Source: a virus
Length of the DNA: 64,000 bases
Virus record (IMG/VR): IMGVR_UViG_3300021168_000016
Location: 61,422-125,421 of that record
Strand: one strand, 5' to 3'
Position numbers and translations under genes: made by a program. The notes below the pieces were generated by a model. That model ran no database searches. It had not been told where the DNA came from and was given only the letters and a program-made list of their open reading frames with translations. This document shows, piece after piece, positions 62,579 to 64,000 of this stretch (positions are counted from its first letter, which is position 1; every line of letters begins with the position of its first letter).

Positions 62579-63021
62579 TATACTTCAACAAAGACGTGCA
62601 GATCCCATACCTTAAGCAGTGGTTCAGGCACATAATACAACTTCATATTCTTCTGTACCCATACACGTAATTCAGAGCTTTCTCTTTGCTGGTCAAATGT
62701 TTCTAATTTAAGGAGCTCACACTTCTTGTCAAAAGCTGTTGGGTGGGGAAGGCCAATCGGTTCTGGAGGGCAATGCATACCCCAGTGTGATGTTTTACTA
62801 CTGGGACGGGGCATTTAAGCCTCAAATCCAAATTGTTTGATAGATGTAAAATGGATTCCGCTAGTAACGAATCCATTCTCATCGATTAGCAAGATATTAT
62901 CACCTAAAAGAATAGCGTCCTGATATGGAGTTATACATTGAGCTGACCAAATCGCTCCCATAAGTCCATCTGGTTCAACCATATTAGGATCAATAATATC
63001 AGAGCCCATTTAGATTTCCTC

Positions 63022-63555
63022 TCATAAACAGTTTGTCTGTGTCCAGTGATAGACACCTAGTCCATGCTTCGCTCCTAGTACTAATGGTGTTGTGTAAGGC
63101 GCAATCCGTATATTAATCTTACGGAGAAAGAGATCGAAGATCGTTACTCCTCCAAACGTTGCCCAATCTACAGTTCCCATACGACCAAATGATACGTGAT
63201 AGCCACCAGAATTGCCTTGTTCTAAGCAGCCGTGACTCTCTCCACGTAAGGTTACATATTCATCAGCAACTATTCCAAGAGCACCTATACCGTGCATAGT
63301 CCAGAATAGTTTGCCGTTGAATGTTTTCTTCCAGCTGAGTGGAGTTGCACTATAACCTGCTCTATACTTATGCTCCGGCCACTGTGGAATACCTTCGCAG
63401 AATACTTCTTTGTATGTTACATTACCTTGTTCATCAATTGAACTGCCTTGCTGACACATCGTACCCGAGAGCGAACTAGACGCACTCGGAGCATCAGGAA
63501 ATTCTTGTGCTATAGCTGTACCTGTTAAGACCAACAATAGTAAAACATACTTCAT
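63022..63555 (-). CDS. Secreted/membrane protein with PDAPS motif
   Basis: Signal peptide followed by QEFPDAPS. Confidence 0.55.
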   Translation of the reverse strand: MKYVLLLLVLTGTAIAQEFPDAPSASSSLSGTMCQQGSSIDEQGNVTYKEVFCEGIPQWPEHKYRAGYSATPLSWKKTFNGKLFWTMHGIGALGIVADEYVTLRGESHGCLEQGNSGGYHVSFGRMGTVDWATFGGVTIFDLFLRKINIRIAPYTTPLVLGAKHGLGVYHWTQTNCL

Positions 63556-63566
63556 TTTACCTCCGT

Positions 63567-64000
63567 CTACCAAGGATGGCCACTATGTACGATCTTGAGA
63601 TCTGTATCTGGCGAGTCAAGAACAGTTAAAGCCATCCAAAAGAATCCTTTAAGTCCCCACGAAGCTCCCCAGCTGTTCTGGATTAACGCAGAAGGAGGAC
63701 TGTCCTTAGGACGTAAAGTAGGATTAATACCATTATCATATCCTACCATCAGTACTTCATGTCCGCCAAGATCTTGCTCTCCAGGTTGTGGGTTGTACAC
63801 ACCAGTCTTTGATGTCTGGTTAGATTCAAAAGACTGATATACAGTAAAGCCAATTTCTACAGGCCAAGGAGTAGGATCAGCGAGCACACTCATTGCTACC
63901 TGTGCACTAACTAATCCATGATATGCCCCTAAAGCAAACAACCGAGCATCAGCATCTTGTTCGGATGTAGGAACTGTAATTGTTCCGGGAATATACGGGA
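63567..64000 (-). CDS. Papain-like C1A cysteine protease (5' end outside window)
   Basis: GGHEVLMVGYD and IQNSWGASWGLKGFFW; frame stays open to the window edge. Confidence 0.85.
   Translation of the reverse strand, partial: PYIPGTITVPTSEQDADARLFALGAYHGLVSAQVAMSVLADPTPWPVEIGFTVYQSFESNQTSKTGVYNPQPGEQDLGGHEVLMVGYDNGINPTLRPKDSPPSALIQNSWGASWGLKGFFWMALTVLDSPDTDLKIVHSGHPW

Overview
This is a 64-kb segment of a large tailed dsDNA bacteriophage genome. It is almost all on the + strand and contains no capsid, terminase or tail genes. Bases 1-35 kb hold dense small early/accessory ORFs, an ARC/Mpa-type proteasome ATPase with two Pup-like CxC peptides, a second AAA ATPase, a SNF2 helicase, tandem paralogues and host-like secreted proteins (PEP-CTERM, PDAPS; Acidobacteriota-like host inferred). 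Bases 35.5-62.6 kb hold the replication/recombination module: primase, clamp-like protein, UDG-fused PolA, clamp loader, UvsY-like protein, SSB, RecA, resolvase, SbcCD and DnaB-like helicase. A 7-deazaguanine DNA-modification set is interleaved with it: folE, queD, queE and queF (both with inteins), queC and a dpdA-like gene. The most striking feature is a stand-alone RAMP/Cas7-like gene (21481-22134) preceded by a GIY-YIG nuclease and followed by an array of 5-nt units (RAT+NN), plus two further GGY+NN arrays (43362-43650, 48661-48747). Reading only the variable NN pairs as a gapped NNx code, two of the eight units spell near-copies of motifs in the gene directly downstream. The phage's own copies differ at synonymous Leu/Arg/Ser codons. 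This suggests an RNA-guided, wobble-skipping system aimed at competitor-phage alleles. All family calls come from reading motifs by eye; no searches were run.
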